Shown: positions 1 through 7,451 of the stretch, piece by piece
Position numbering within the stretch: position 1 is the first letter of the stretch
Layout of the letters: each line of letters opens with the position of its first letter
Virus record (IMG/VR): IMGVR_UViG_3300008262_003578
Strand: one strand, 5' to 3'
DNA length: 64,000 bases
Origin: a virus
The notes under the pieces: model-generated
Databases searched by the model: none
Seen by the model: the letters and a program-made list of their open reading frames with translations, nothing else
Told to the model about the DNA's origin: nothing
Translations under genes and position numbers: made by a program

Positions 1-1
1 T

Positions 2-364
2 TTAATACATAAAGATTGTTTAGATGAAATAGGTTATTTTGATGAGAGGTTATTGGGTTTTGGTGAAGAAGATGGTGATATTTTTTATAGATATATTGAG
101 ACGTATAATCAATGGATACAAGAAGCTTGGGTTCACGGATTTAATAATTTGGTGATAGATATTAGAGATGAAAATATAAAACCTGGGGTAGGAAAATACT
201 CTCAATTTAACCGACATTTTTGTTTTGTTGATGACCCTTGTAAATATGTTCCAGTATCTGAAGGTATTACAGGACTATTTGGTCAACATATGAAAAAAAA
301 TATTGAGGATTTAAAACAATATCCGTATGAAAAATTCTTTAAAGAAAATAAAGATAAACTTTAA
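2..364 (+). CDS. Glycosyltransferase (GT-A fold, GT2/GT7-like), 5' truncated by the window edge
   Basis: Frame is open from nt 2 (LIHKDCLDEIGYFDERLLGFGEEDGD...), so the track start at 53 is internal. GYFDER...GFGEEDGD matches the GT2/GT7 C-terminal acceptor-site motif. Confidence 0.75.
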   Translation, partial: LIHKDCLDEIGYFDERLLGFGEEDGDIFYRYIETYNQWIQEAWVHGFNNLVIDIRDENIKPGVGKYSQFNRHFCFVDDPCKYVPVSEGITGLFGQHMKKNIEDLKQYPYEKFFKENKDKL

Positions 365-367
365 AGT

Positions 368-1306
368 ATGATTAAAATTAAACTAGAGTGTTGGTGGACA
401 GATACTAATTCATTAAACAACCGATTTATTAAACAATTTGTATTTGACCAAGATGAATTTGAATTTGTCACTAATAATCCTGATTATACGGTGGTGTTTG
501 GTAGAACCGATTGGGAAAATATAGAAACTCCTAAAGAAAAAACTTTTTATTTCTCTCAAGAACCATTATGGTCACCTAATGAACCCAAAGATGGTATACA
601 TGAATTTTGTTCTAAAATTTTTATTGCCGATAAACGAGAATACCCTAATAGAGGTGAGTACATTGAGACATTATTACCAATGTTCTACGGTGGTAGAGGA
701 GATATTGACCACAGAGAAGAATGGGATTGGTCAAAGAATATTCTATATAAGAACTTTAATAAAACAAAACCTATCTCAATGGTTGTGAGGAAAGATTATT
801 CAACACATTACAATCACCTATCAAATCCCATAACTTCTAAAATTAACTATATACAAAGAACTGACTTAGGTATAAAGTTATCAGATAATGAAAATATTGA
901 TATATTTGGGACGTATTGGGAGTCAAATGGTAAAAACATAAAAGGTGAGGCGTGGAATAAACATGTAGGGGTTGATGATTACAACTTTTCAGTATCTTGT
1001 GAAAACTCAATACAAAAAAATTATATAAGTGAAAAATTTTGGGACGTTATATTAACAGACGGAGTTCCAATTTATTTAGGTTGTGTTAACATTAATGAAT
1101 ACATACCCGACAATTGTTATATTAATATTAGTGACTTAAATAATGATGAAATTACAAATGTGGTAGAATCCATAATTAATGATTACGATTTTATTTATAA
1201 TTCAAAAAAAAATGATATTTTAAAATTAAAATCTAATTTTTTTAAGGACCCAAATTTTAACCTTTGGGAAAAAATAAAAGAAACGATAAAAAAATATGAG
1301 TACTAA
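368..1306 (+). CDS. GT10-family (alpha-1,3/4-fucosyltransferase-like) glycosyltransferase
   Basis: YNFSVSCENSIQKNYISEKFWDVILTDGVPIYLG matches the GT10 motif (Y-x-F-x-x-x-x-EN...Y-x-T/S-EK...PIY-x-G); N-terminal SQEP element. Confidence 0.8.
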   Translation: MIKIKLECWWTDTNSLNNRFIKQFVFDQDEFEFVTNNPDYTVVFGRTDWENIETPKEKTFYFSQEPLWSPNEPKDGIHEFCSKIFIADKREYPNRGEYIETLLPMFYGGRGDIDHREEWDWSKNILYKNFNKTKPISMVVRKDYSTHYNHLSNPITSKINYIQRTDLGIKLSDNENIDIFGTYWESNGKNIKGEAWNKHVGVDDYNFSVSCENSIQKNYISEKFWDVILTDGVPIYLGCVNINEYIPDNCYINISDLNNDEITNVVESIINDYDFIYNSKKNDILKLKSNFFKDPNFNLWEKIKETIKKYEY

Positions 1307-2189
1307 AATAGTAACAGCCATTTATTCTAATTTACACGGAACAGAATTAGGTGGGAGACCTAGTAGAGGAGGTCATTATAGATATTCACTAAGAACTATT
1401 TTAAAAATGACTGACGCTGATTTTGTTTGTTACACTTCAGAAGACGAACTTGAAAGTTTAAAAGAGTTTTTCTATGTACAAAACAAAATTAGTGAAGATA
1501 GATTAATTATCAAAACGTTTGATTTAAAAAATTTTAGTCTAACTGAAAAAATAAATAAAATTAAAAATGTTAATGAGACTAAACAATCTGACCGTTGTGT
1601 TGAGGTGCAGTATTGTAAATTTATATGGTCATTGGATGAACTAGAAATTGGTAATTACGATAACGTATATTGGTTTGATGCTGGGTTGTCACATAGCGGA
1701 TTGTTTCCCCCAAAACACATGAACAATATTGGATATTGGGAACAAAATTATGAATCAACTTTATTCAATAATGAGTGTCTAAACAATCTAATTGATTTTG
1801 CGGATGATAAAATAGTTTTATGTGCCAAAGAAAATGTTAATAATTTTTGGTCAGGAACCGTACCATATGAATACTATAAAGAACACTGTATGGAACGACA
1901 TATAATTGGAGGTTTTTTTGGTGGAAAAAAAGAAAAAATGAGAGATTATTGTAAACTATTTTTAGAATATGTAAACAAACTTTTGGATAATGAAAATAAA
2001 CTTTATTATGAAGAAAACATTATGTCATTAATGTATTATAATCATAATGGGTTATTTAACCCAAAGTATTTTGATATTTGGTGGCATGAAGAAGATAGAA
2101 TCCCTGGACTTGATTTACATGAATACACAAAAACTAGAAAAAGTTTTTATAAAATATTTGAGGAACTAAATGAAATCTCTATCAATTAA
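1296..2189 (+). CDS. HtrL/WlaTC-like putative glycosyltransferase
   Basis: TKIVTAIY N-terminus, VYWFDAGLSH and HIIGGFFGG resemble HtrL/YibB-family motifs; paralogous to the N-half of 2885..4570. Confidence 0.6.
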   Translation: MSTKIVTAIYSNLHGTELGGRPSRGGHYRYSLRTILKMTDADFVCYTSEDELESLKEFFYVQNKISEDRLIIKTFDLKNFSLTEKINKIKNVNETKQSDRCVEVQYCKFIWSLDELEIGNYDNVYWFDAGLSHSGLFPPKHMNNIGYWEQNYESTLFNNECLNNLIDFADDKIVLCAKENVNNFWSGTVPYEYYKEHCMERHIIGGFFGGKKEKMRDYCKLFLEYVNKLLDNENKLYYEENIMSLMYYNHNGLFNPKYFDIWWHEEDRIPGLDLHEYTKTRKSFYKIFEELNEISIN

Positions 2190-2892
2190 CATGAAGTTTT
2201 GGGATGATGGACAACCAAACTCAACTAGAATTAGAAATGTAAATTTTTCTTGGGGTGAAATAAAAAAATTTACATCGTTTTTAAAAGATAATGATATAAA
2301 TGCGGTATGTAATTTATATGATTTTTCAGTAGATAGAGTAACTGAGGATTCTATACATATATCTTACCCTTTAGGTGTTTATAAAAAGGCGGAAAAGACT
2401 AACATAATCTTAAACGACCAAAAAAATTATGATTTTTTTATGATGGTTGATTGCGATGCGTTTTTTCATAAAGACGACTATAACAAATTTTTAGAAATAT
2501 TTAAATTTTTAAATGACGGAGATGTTGTGACCTTTGATTTGGCTAAATTAGAAGATAGAGTTAGTGAGTATATTATAGACGGAGAATTTCAAATAGAAAA
2601 GGCCGATTGGTCATATGCATATTCAGGTAACAGAAATAATGGACCTCTTAATGGTTATTTAGGTGGTTTAGGTGGGGTATATATATGTGATACAAACTTA
2701 TTAATAAAATTAGGTGGTTTTAATGAAAAATATGTTGGTTGGGGTGGTGAAGATGGTGATATGTTAGATAGGATATGGTCATCTCAAATACCACACTCAT
2801 TTAAACCTGTTAGAAATTTTGCACCATTTCATTTACCCCATTTTTCTGATTGGGGTAATAAATTATATAATCAAAGATTTGAAAATGAATAA
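2170..2892 (+). CDS. GT2/GT7-like glycosyltransferase (galactosyltransferase C-terminal motif)
   Basis: MVDCDAFF (DxD motif) and LGGFNEKYVGWGGEDGD. Confidence 0.75.
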   Translation: MKSLSINMKFWDDGQPNSTRIRNVNFSWGEIKKFTSFLKDNDINAVCNLYDFSVDRVTEDSIHISYPLGVYKKAEKTNIILNDQKNYDFFMMVDCDAFFHKDDYNKFLEIFKFLNDGDVVTFDLAKLEDRVSEYIIDGEFQIEKADWSYAYSGNRNNGPLNGYLGGLGGVYICDTNLLIKLGGFNEKYVGWGGEDGDMLDRIWSSQIPHSFKPVRNFAPFHLPHFSDWGNKLYNQRFENE

Positions 2893-4570
2893 AACAACAA
2901 TTGTAACTGGATTATGGGATATAGGTAGAAATAGTCTAACTAATGATTGGGCCAGGTCTATGGAACACTACCTTAATAAACTCAAAGAACTACTAAAAAT
3001 TGAGGAAAACATGATAATTTTTGGGGATGAAAACCTACAAAAATTTGTCATGGAACATAGGTCTATTTCTAATACTCAATTTATCATAAGAAATTTAGAT
3101 TGGTTTAAAGATAACACTTATTTTGATTTAATACAAAAAATTAGAACCAGTGATGAGTGGTTAAATCAAGTAGGTTGGTTAAGAGAATCAACACAGGCAA
3201 GATTAGAATACTATAACCCTTTAGTAATGAGTAAAGTGTTTTTACTAAACGATGCTCGTATTATGGATAAGTTTAATTCTGATTATCTGTTTTGGATTGA
3301 TGCGGGAATTACTAATACTGTTCATCCTGGGTATTTTACCCATGATAAAGTATTGTCAAAAGTTGATAAATTTGTTGATAAATTTTCGTTTATATCATTT
3401 CCATATGAGGGTGCGAATGAAATTCATGGGTTTAATCTGACCGAATTAAATAAGTATGCAGGTACCGAAGTCAAGTTAGTGTCAAGAGGTGGATTTTTTG
3501 GGGGGCCAAAGGAATCCATATCTGAGATTAATGGAATATACTATCAATTACTAATTGATTCGTTATCAAAATCTTTAATGGGGACTGAAGAAAGTTTATT
3601 TTCAGTAATAACTTACAAACATCCAGATAAGGTGTCTTATTTTGAAATTGAATATAACGGTCTTATAGGTAAGTTTTTTGAGGATTTAAAAAATGAAACT
3701 TTAAATTCTAAACAAGAGGTTATCAAACCTTCAAACGAATTATCATTTACACCACCATCCAAAGATAGTGTCGGGTTATATGTTATTGGGTTCAATAGTC
3801 CAAACCAACTCAAAACTTTAATAGAATCTATGTTGGTATATGATGAAGATTTTATTAAAAAACCACGTAAAATTCTTTTAGATAACTCAACGGATTTTAC
3901 GACAACCCCAATATATTCTGAAATATGTTCTAATTATGGATTTGAACACATAAAAAAAGATAATTTAGGAATATGTGGTGGAAGACAATGGGTTGCGGAA
4001 CACTTTGAGAAGTCAGGTATGGATTATATGTATTTTTTTGAGGATGATATGTTCTTTTACCCAAATAAAGGTGAGGTATGTAGAAATGGGTTTAATAGAT
4101 TTGCACCTAATTTATTTATTAAATCCCTTTCAATAATACAGAAAGAAAAATTTGATTTCCTTAAGTTAAATTTTAGTGAATTCTTTGGTGATAATAGTGT
4201 ACAATGGAGTTGGTATAACGTACCACAAACTGTTAGAGAAGAGTATTGGCCTGACAATCAAAAATTACCTGAATTAGGTACTTCAGAAAACGCACCTAAG
4301 GCGAAATATACTAGTGTTAGAAGTTATGAAGGTGTACCATATGTTACAGGTGATGTTTATTACTGTAATTGGCCACAAGTAGTTTCAAAAGAAGGTAATA
4401 GAAAAATGTTTTTAGAAACAACTTGGGCACACCCATATGAACAAACTTGGATGAGTCACATATTCCAAGAGACTAAGAAAGGTAGAATTAGTGGTGGTTT
4501 ATTATTAATGACACCAACTGAACATAACAGGTTTGACCATTATTCGCGTGAATTAAGAAAGGAAAGTTAA
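2885..4570 (+). CDS. Two-domain glycosyltransferase: HtrL/WlaTC-like N-domain plus GT-A (GT2-like) C-domain
   Basis: Likely start is ATG 2885 (MNKTTIVTGLWDIGR), overlapping the upstream stop. LFWIDAGI and RGGFFGG in the N-domain; DNST...NLGICGGR...YFFEDD in the C-domain. Confidence 0.65.
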   Translation: MNKTTIVTGLWDIGRNSLTNDWARSMEHYLNKLKELLKIEENMIIFGDENLQKFVMEHRSISNTQFIIRNLDWFKDNTYFDLIQKIRTSDEWLNQVGWLRESTQARLEYYNPLVMSKVFLLNDARIMDKFNSDYLFWIDAGITNTVHPGYFTHDKVLSKVDKFVDKFSFISFPYEGANEIHGFNLTELNKYAGTEVKLVSRGGFFGGPKESISEINGIYYQLLIDSLSKSLMGTEESLFSVITYKHPDKVSYFEIEYNGLIGKFFEDLKNETLNSKQEVIKPSNELSFTPPSKDSVGLYVIGFNSPNQLKTLIESMLVYDEDFIKKPRKILLDNSTDFTTTPIYSEICSNYGFEHIKKDNLGICGGRQWVAEHFEKSGMDYMYFFEDDMFFYPNKGEVCRNGFNRFAPNLFIKSLSIIQKEKFDFLKLNFSEFFGDNSVQWSWYNVPQTVREEYWPDNQKLPELGTSENAPKAKYTSVRSYEGVPYVTGDVYYCNWPQVVSKEGNRKMFLETTWAHPYEQTWMSHIFQETKKGRISGGLLLMTPTEHNRFDHYSRELRKES

Positions 4571-4588
4571 TTATTTTATATTATAAAG

Positions 4589-4596
4589 TATTTATA
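4589..4596 (+). promoter_or_regulatory. TATTTATA putative late-promoter box
   Basis: Exact TATTTATA 14 nt before ATG 4611; the motif recurs before many structural genes. Confidence 0.55.
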
Positions 4597-4610
4597 GTAA
4601 AAAATAATAG

Positions 4611-5354
4611 ATGGAGTTTTTTATTAAAAAAAACGCAACATTACCAGTATTAAAATTACAAGTAGTTAAGGACGGTAGAAGTGATTATAATAACTTTATG
4701 AATACCATAGAGTTGTCCACAATATTCTTTTCTATGGTTGATGTTGAGACAGGGGTTCCAAAAATAAGTAGTAGACCTGCGGGGTTTGTTGAAAAACTTT
4801 TTGAAGACCCTAATGCGGAACCTGAATATTACATCTATTACCAATTCACAAATAAAGACACAAATAGAGTAGGACGTTATGAAGGACAATTCATGTTACG
4901 TAATGATGATGGTGTTTTAATTTTACCAATAAGAGAAAATTTATTTATAAATGTACAAGAGTCTTTTATAAGTGACGAATTACCTTATGAAAGTTGTTAT
5001 GTTTCCGAATTTCCTTGTTGTGTTAACGGACCTTATACTACAACTACAACTACAACACCTTGCCCGACGTGTCCCCCATGTCCACCTGTAACAACAACAA
5101 CAACAACATACAATCCTGTAACAACAACAACAACAACACATATTCCCGTAACAACTACCACAACAACAACTCATACACCATCTTCTACACCGACTAATAC
5201 ACCAACACCATCTTCTACACCGACTAATACACCAACACCAACTCCGACCTTAACTCCAACTCAAACACCACCTGTTGATGTATTAATTAACCCTATAATA
5301 ACTGAGGGTGGTGTGTATATAATAATTGGAAATAACGAATACTTAGAATTTTAA
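4611..5354 (+). CDS. Putative virion structural protein: BppU-like N-domain plus Cys-flanked Thr/Pro-rich mucin-like stalk
   Basis: FFIKKNATLPVLK...YQFTNKDTNRVGRYEGQF resembles baseplate-upper/Ig-like N-domains; C-terminal PVTTTTTT and TPSSTPTNTP repeats. Confidence 0.45.
   Translation: MEFFIKKNATLPVLKLQVVKDGRSDYNNFMNTIELSTIFFSMVDVETGVPKISSRPAGFVEKLFEDPNAEPEYYIYYQFTNKDTNRVGRYEGQFMLRNDDGVLILPIRENLFINVQESFISDELPYESCYVSEFPCCVNGPYTTTTTTTPCPTCPPCPPVTTTTTTYNPVTTTTTTHIPVTTTTTTTHTPSSTPTNTPTPSSTPTNTPTPTPTLTPTQTPPVDVLINPIITEGGVYIIIGNNEYLEF
5085..5240 (+). repeat. 30-bp-period coding tandem array
   Basis: Three CCT/CGTAACAAC... units at 5085, 5115, 5145, then an exact repeat ACACCATCTTCTACACCGACTAATACACCA at 5175 and 5205 plus a partial copy at 5235. 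Confidence 0.9.
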
Positions 5355-5387
5355 TATTCTATATAAAATTTATAAAATAAAAAAACT

Positions 5388-7307
5388 ATGACACTAACTG
5401 GTAAAACAATTGGACAACTAACATATCTTTCGGGAGTAACAAGGGATACATTATTTCCCGTAGAATTAAGTGGCGATACTTACCATATACCCTATTCAGC
5501 ATTCACTAATTCAAACTATAACGAAGGAACTTACGATGAGTTATATTCATTCGCCACAGGTGGAACACTAACCGCTGGAAGTTATTACTTAATGACTGAC
5601 TTCCAAACGTGTTACGACCAACCAAACTATGATAACACTAAAACCCCTATTACAACGGGTAACTATAAAACAGGAACAACAGAACCAATTTTATTATTGG
5701 CGGTATCCACAACAGAATTTTCACCTACTGTATATTCTACATTATACACTAATGATAAAATAACATACGACATAACTTGGAATACCACTGAAATCACGAG
5801 TAGTCCTGCAAAAGGTAGAATTACTGAAAGAATTGATAACTTTAATAATAGAACTGATTATGATAACAGAAGTATTTTATTTAAAAGATATGATGGGTAT
5901 TCATATAACGAAAATAACCCATTAAGTGGTCTTGTTGGGATAAGTGGTTTAACAGGAACAACAGGCGTGTTATATGGTAATACAGGTACCACATTTTTTT
6001 CAAATTTCTCAACGGGGTCAATTGTTTCAGTACGAAATTTAAATCCTTCATTTTTCGAAATTATATCAGTTGAGAGTGATTCTATCGCAATTATATCAGG
6101 TGTAACAATAAATGAAACTACTGACTCACCTTATTATTATGGAAATGATGATGGTATAATGAGTTATTACCAACCTAATGTAAGACAAGACCAAGTTTTT
6201 GAATACACAACATTTGGTGATGCTATTGATGATGGTGGAGCGGTTAATAACTATATTGGTAACTATTCTAATTTACATTTAAAATTTGGAACTGGGGATT
6301 TTTTACTTGCAAATAATGTATTCTTAATAGGTTCATTTAGAAACAACACCATTGGTAACGGTTCTTATAATAACACATTTAATGACGATTGTGATAATAA
6401 TCAAATAGGTGATAGTTTTTATAACAACTCAACGAATGATGATTTTGACGGTAATATAATTGGGGAAAATTTTAATAACAACTATATCACCTCTAATTTT
6501 AATAATAATAGAATTGGTAGTGATTTTGATTTTAATATTCTAATTGGTGGTTCTTTTTATAGAAATAATATTGGGAACGACTTTAACAATAATGTTTGGA
6601 CTAATGGAGATTTTCAAAATAATGAAATAGGAAACCAATTTAATAATAATAAAATCTATAACGATTTCTATAATAATGATATTGGTAATGGGTATAATAA
6701 TAATGAAAGTTACTCAACTTATAATCGTAATTTAATTGGTAACGGATATAATGGTAATACGGTATATTCACTATTCTACGAAAATAATATTGGTCAAGTT
6801 TTTGAAACTAATACTATTGGAACCAATTTAACTATTGGTACATACAATTTCTCTAAAAATAGAATAGGGGATAGTTTTTATATTAATGTTATTTCTGGTA
6901 ATTTTCAATATAATGAGATAGGTAATGATTTCTATGCTAATAATATCGCTAATAACTTCTCATATAATGAAATTAGAAATTATTTCTATTCTAATCTCAT
7001 TAATAATGATTTTGGTTTTGGTGGTAGTGTTAGTCAAGGTAATAAAATAGGTAATTATTTTTATAATAATAATATTGGTGAATATTTTTATAATAATAAT
7101 ATTGCTGACAATTTTTACTTTAATATAATAGGTAATGATTTCCAATTAAACGAAGTTAAATTTGGTTTAAATTCTGTAAATCTTAGTTTATCAACTCACG
7201 TATATGCTAACTATAATTGTACTATATTTTTAAGAAGTGATGCTCAACTTAGACTATCATATTACGACTCAACTGATACACTGTTAATTACAGATGTGGC
7301 AAGTTAA
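5388..7307 (+). CDS. Putative fibre/spike protein with a 9-residue Asn-rich beta-solenoid repeat
   Basis: The C-half is built from xIGxxFxxN nonamers (QIGDSFYNN, NIGNDFNNN, EIGNQFNNN, KIGNYFYNN...); the N-half is Thr/Gly-rich, as in fibre proteins. Confidence 0.5.
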   Translation: MTLTGKTIGQLTYLSGVTRDTLFPVELSGDTYHIPYSAFTNSNYNEGTYDELYSFATGGTLTAGSYYLMTDFQTCYDQPNYDNTKTPITTGNYKTGTTEPILLLAVSTTEFSPTVYSTLYTNDKITYDITWNTTEITSSPAKGRITERIDNFNNRTDYDNRSILFKRYDGYSYNENNPLSGLVGISGLTGTTGVLYGNTGTTFFSNFSTGSIVSVRNLNPSFFEIISVESDSIAIISGVTINETTDSPYYYGNDDGIMSYYQPNVRQDQVFEYTTFGDAIDDGGAVNNYIGNYSNLHLKFGTGDFLLANNVFLIGSFRNNTIGNGSYNNTFNDDCDNNQIGDSFYNNSTNDDFDGNIIGENFNNNYITSNFNNNRIGSDFDFNILIGGSFYRNNIGNDFNNNVWTNGDFQNNEIGNQFNNNKIYNDFYNNDIGNGYNNNESYSTYNRNLIGNGYNGNTVYSLFYENNIGQVFETNTIGTNLTIGTYNFSKNRIGDSFYINVISGNFQYNEIGNDFYANNIANNFSYNEIRNYFYSNLINNDFGFGGSVSQGNKIGNYFYNNNIGEYFYNNNIADNFYFNIIGNDFQLNEVKFGLNSVNLSLSTHVYANYNCTIFLRSDAQLRLSYYDSTDTLLITDVAS

Positions 7308-7323
7308 ATTATTTTTTAAGATA

Positions 7324-7358
7324 AAAAAAAAGGGGGTCACAAAAACCCTCTTTTTTTA
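7324..7358. terminator. Bidirectional intrinsic terminator
   Basis: A-run, AGGGGGT-CACAAAA-ACCCTCT stem-loop, T-run, directly after the 7307 stop. Confidence 0.75.
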
Positions 7359-7359
7359 T

Positions 7360-7388
7360 TTGACAAAAAACAAATTTACTAATATACT
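7360..7388 (+). promoter_or_regulatory. Sigma70-type promoter of the DNA polymerase gene
   Basis: TTGACA (7360-7365), 17-bp spacer, TATACT (7383-7388). Confidence 0.75.
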
Positions 7389-7451
7389 TATTGATGTAAG
7401 GTAAATGTCGTTTGTAACGGCAGCAAATGAACCATTTAAAACTATAAGTGT

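Noticed and set aside
2819-2884. Track start at 2819 (and 55851) as true starts
   Set aside because: These extensions overlap upstream genes with non-homologous-looking residues; the coupled starts at 2885 (ATG) and 55875 (GTG) fit better.
4980-5174. Cys-rich minus-strand ORF (CCCCCCY...)
   Set aside because: It is the antisense read of the ACA/ACT Thr repeats; no start context or independent support.
5085-5240. Tandem repeats as a CRISPR array (also 37905-38006)
   Set aside because: The units abut with no unique spacers, are multiples of 3 and are in-frame coding; no cas genes are present.
6330-7160. Asn (AAT/AAC)-rich region as a DGR variable region
   Set aside because: No reverse transcriptase and no near-identical template repeat differing only at adenines in the window.
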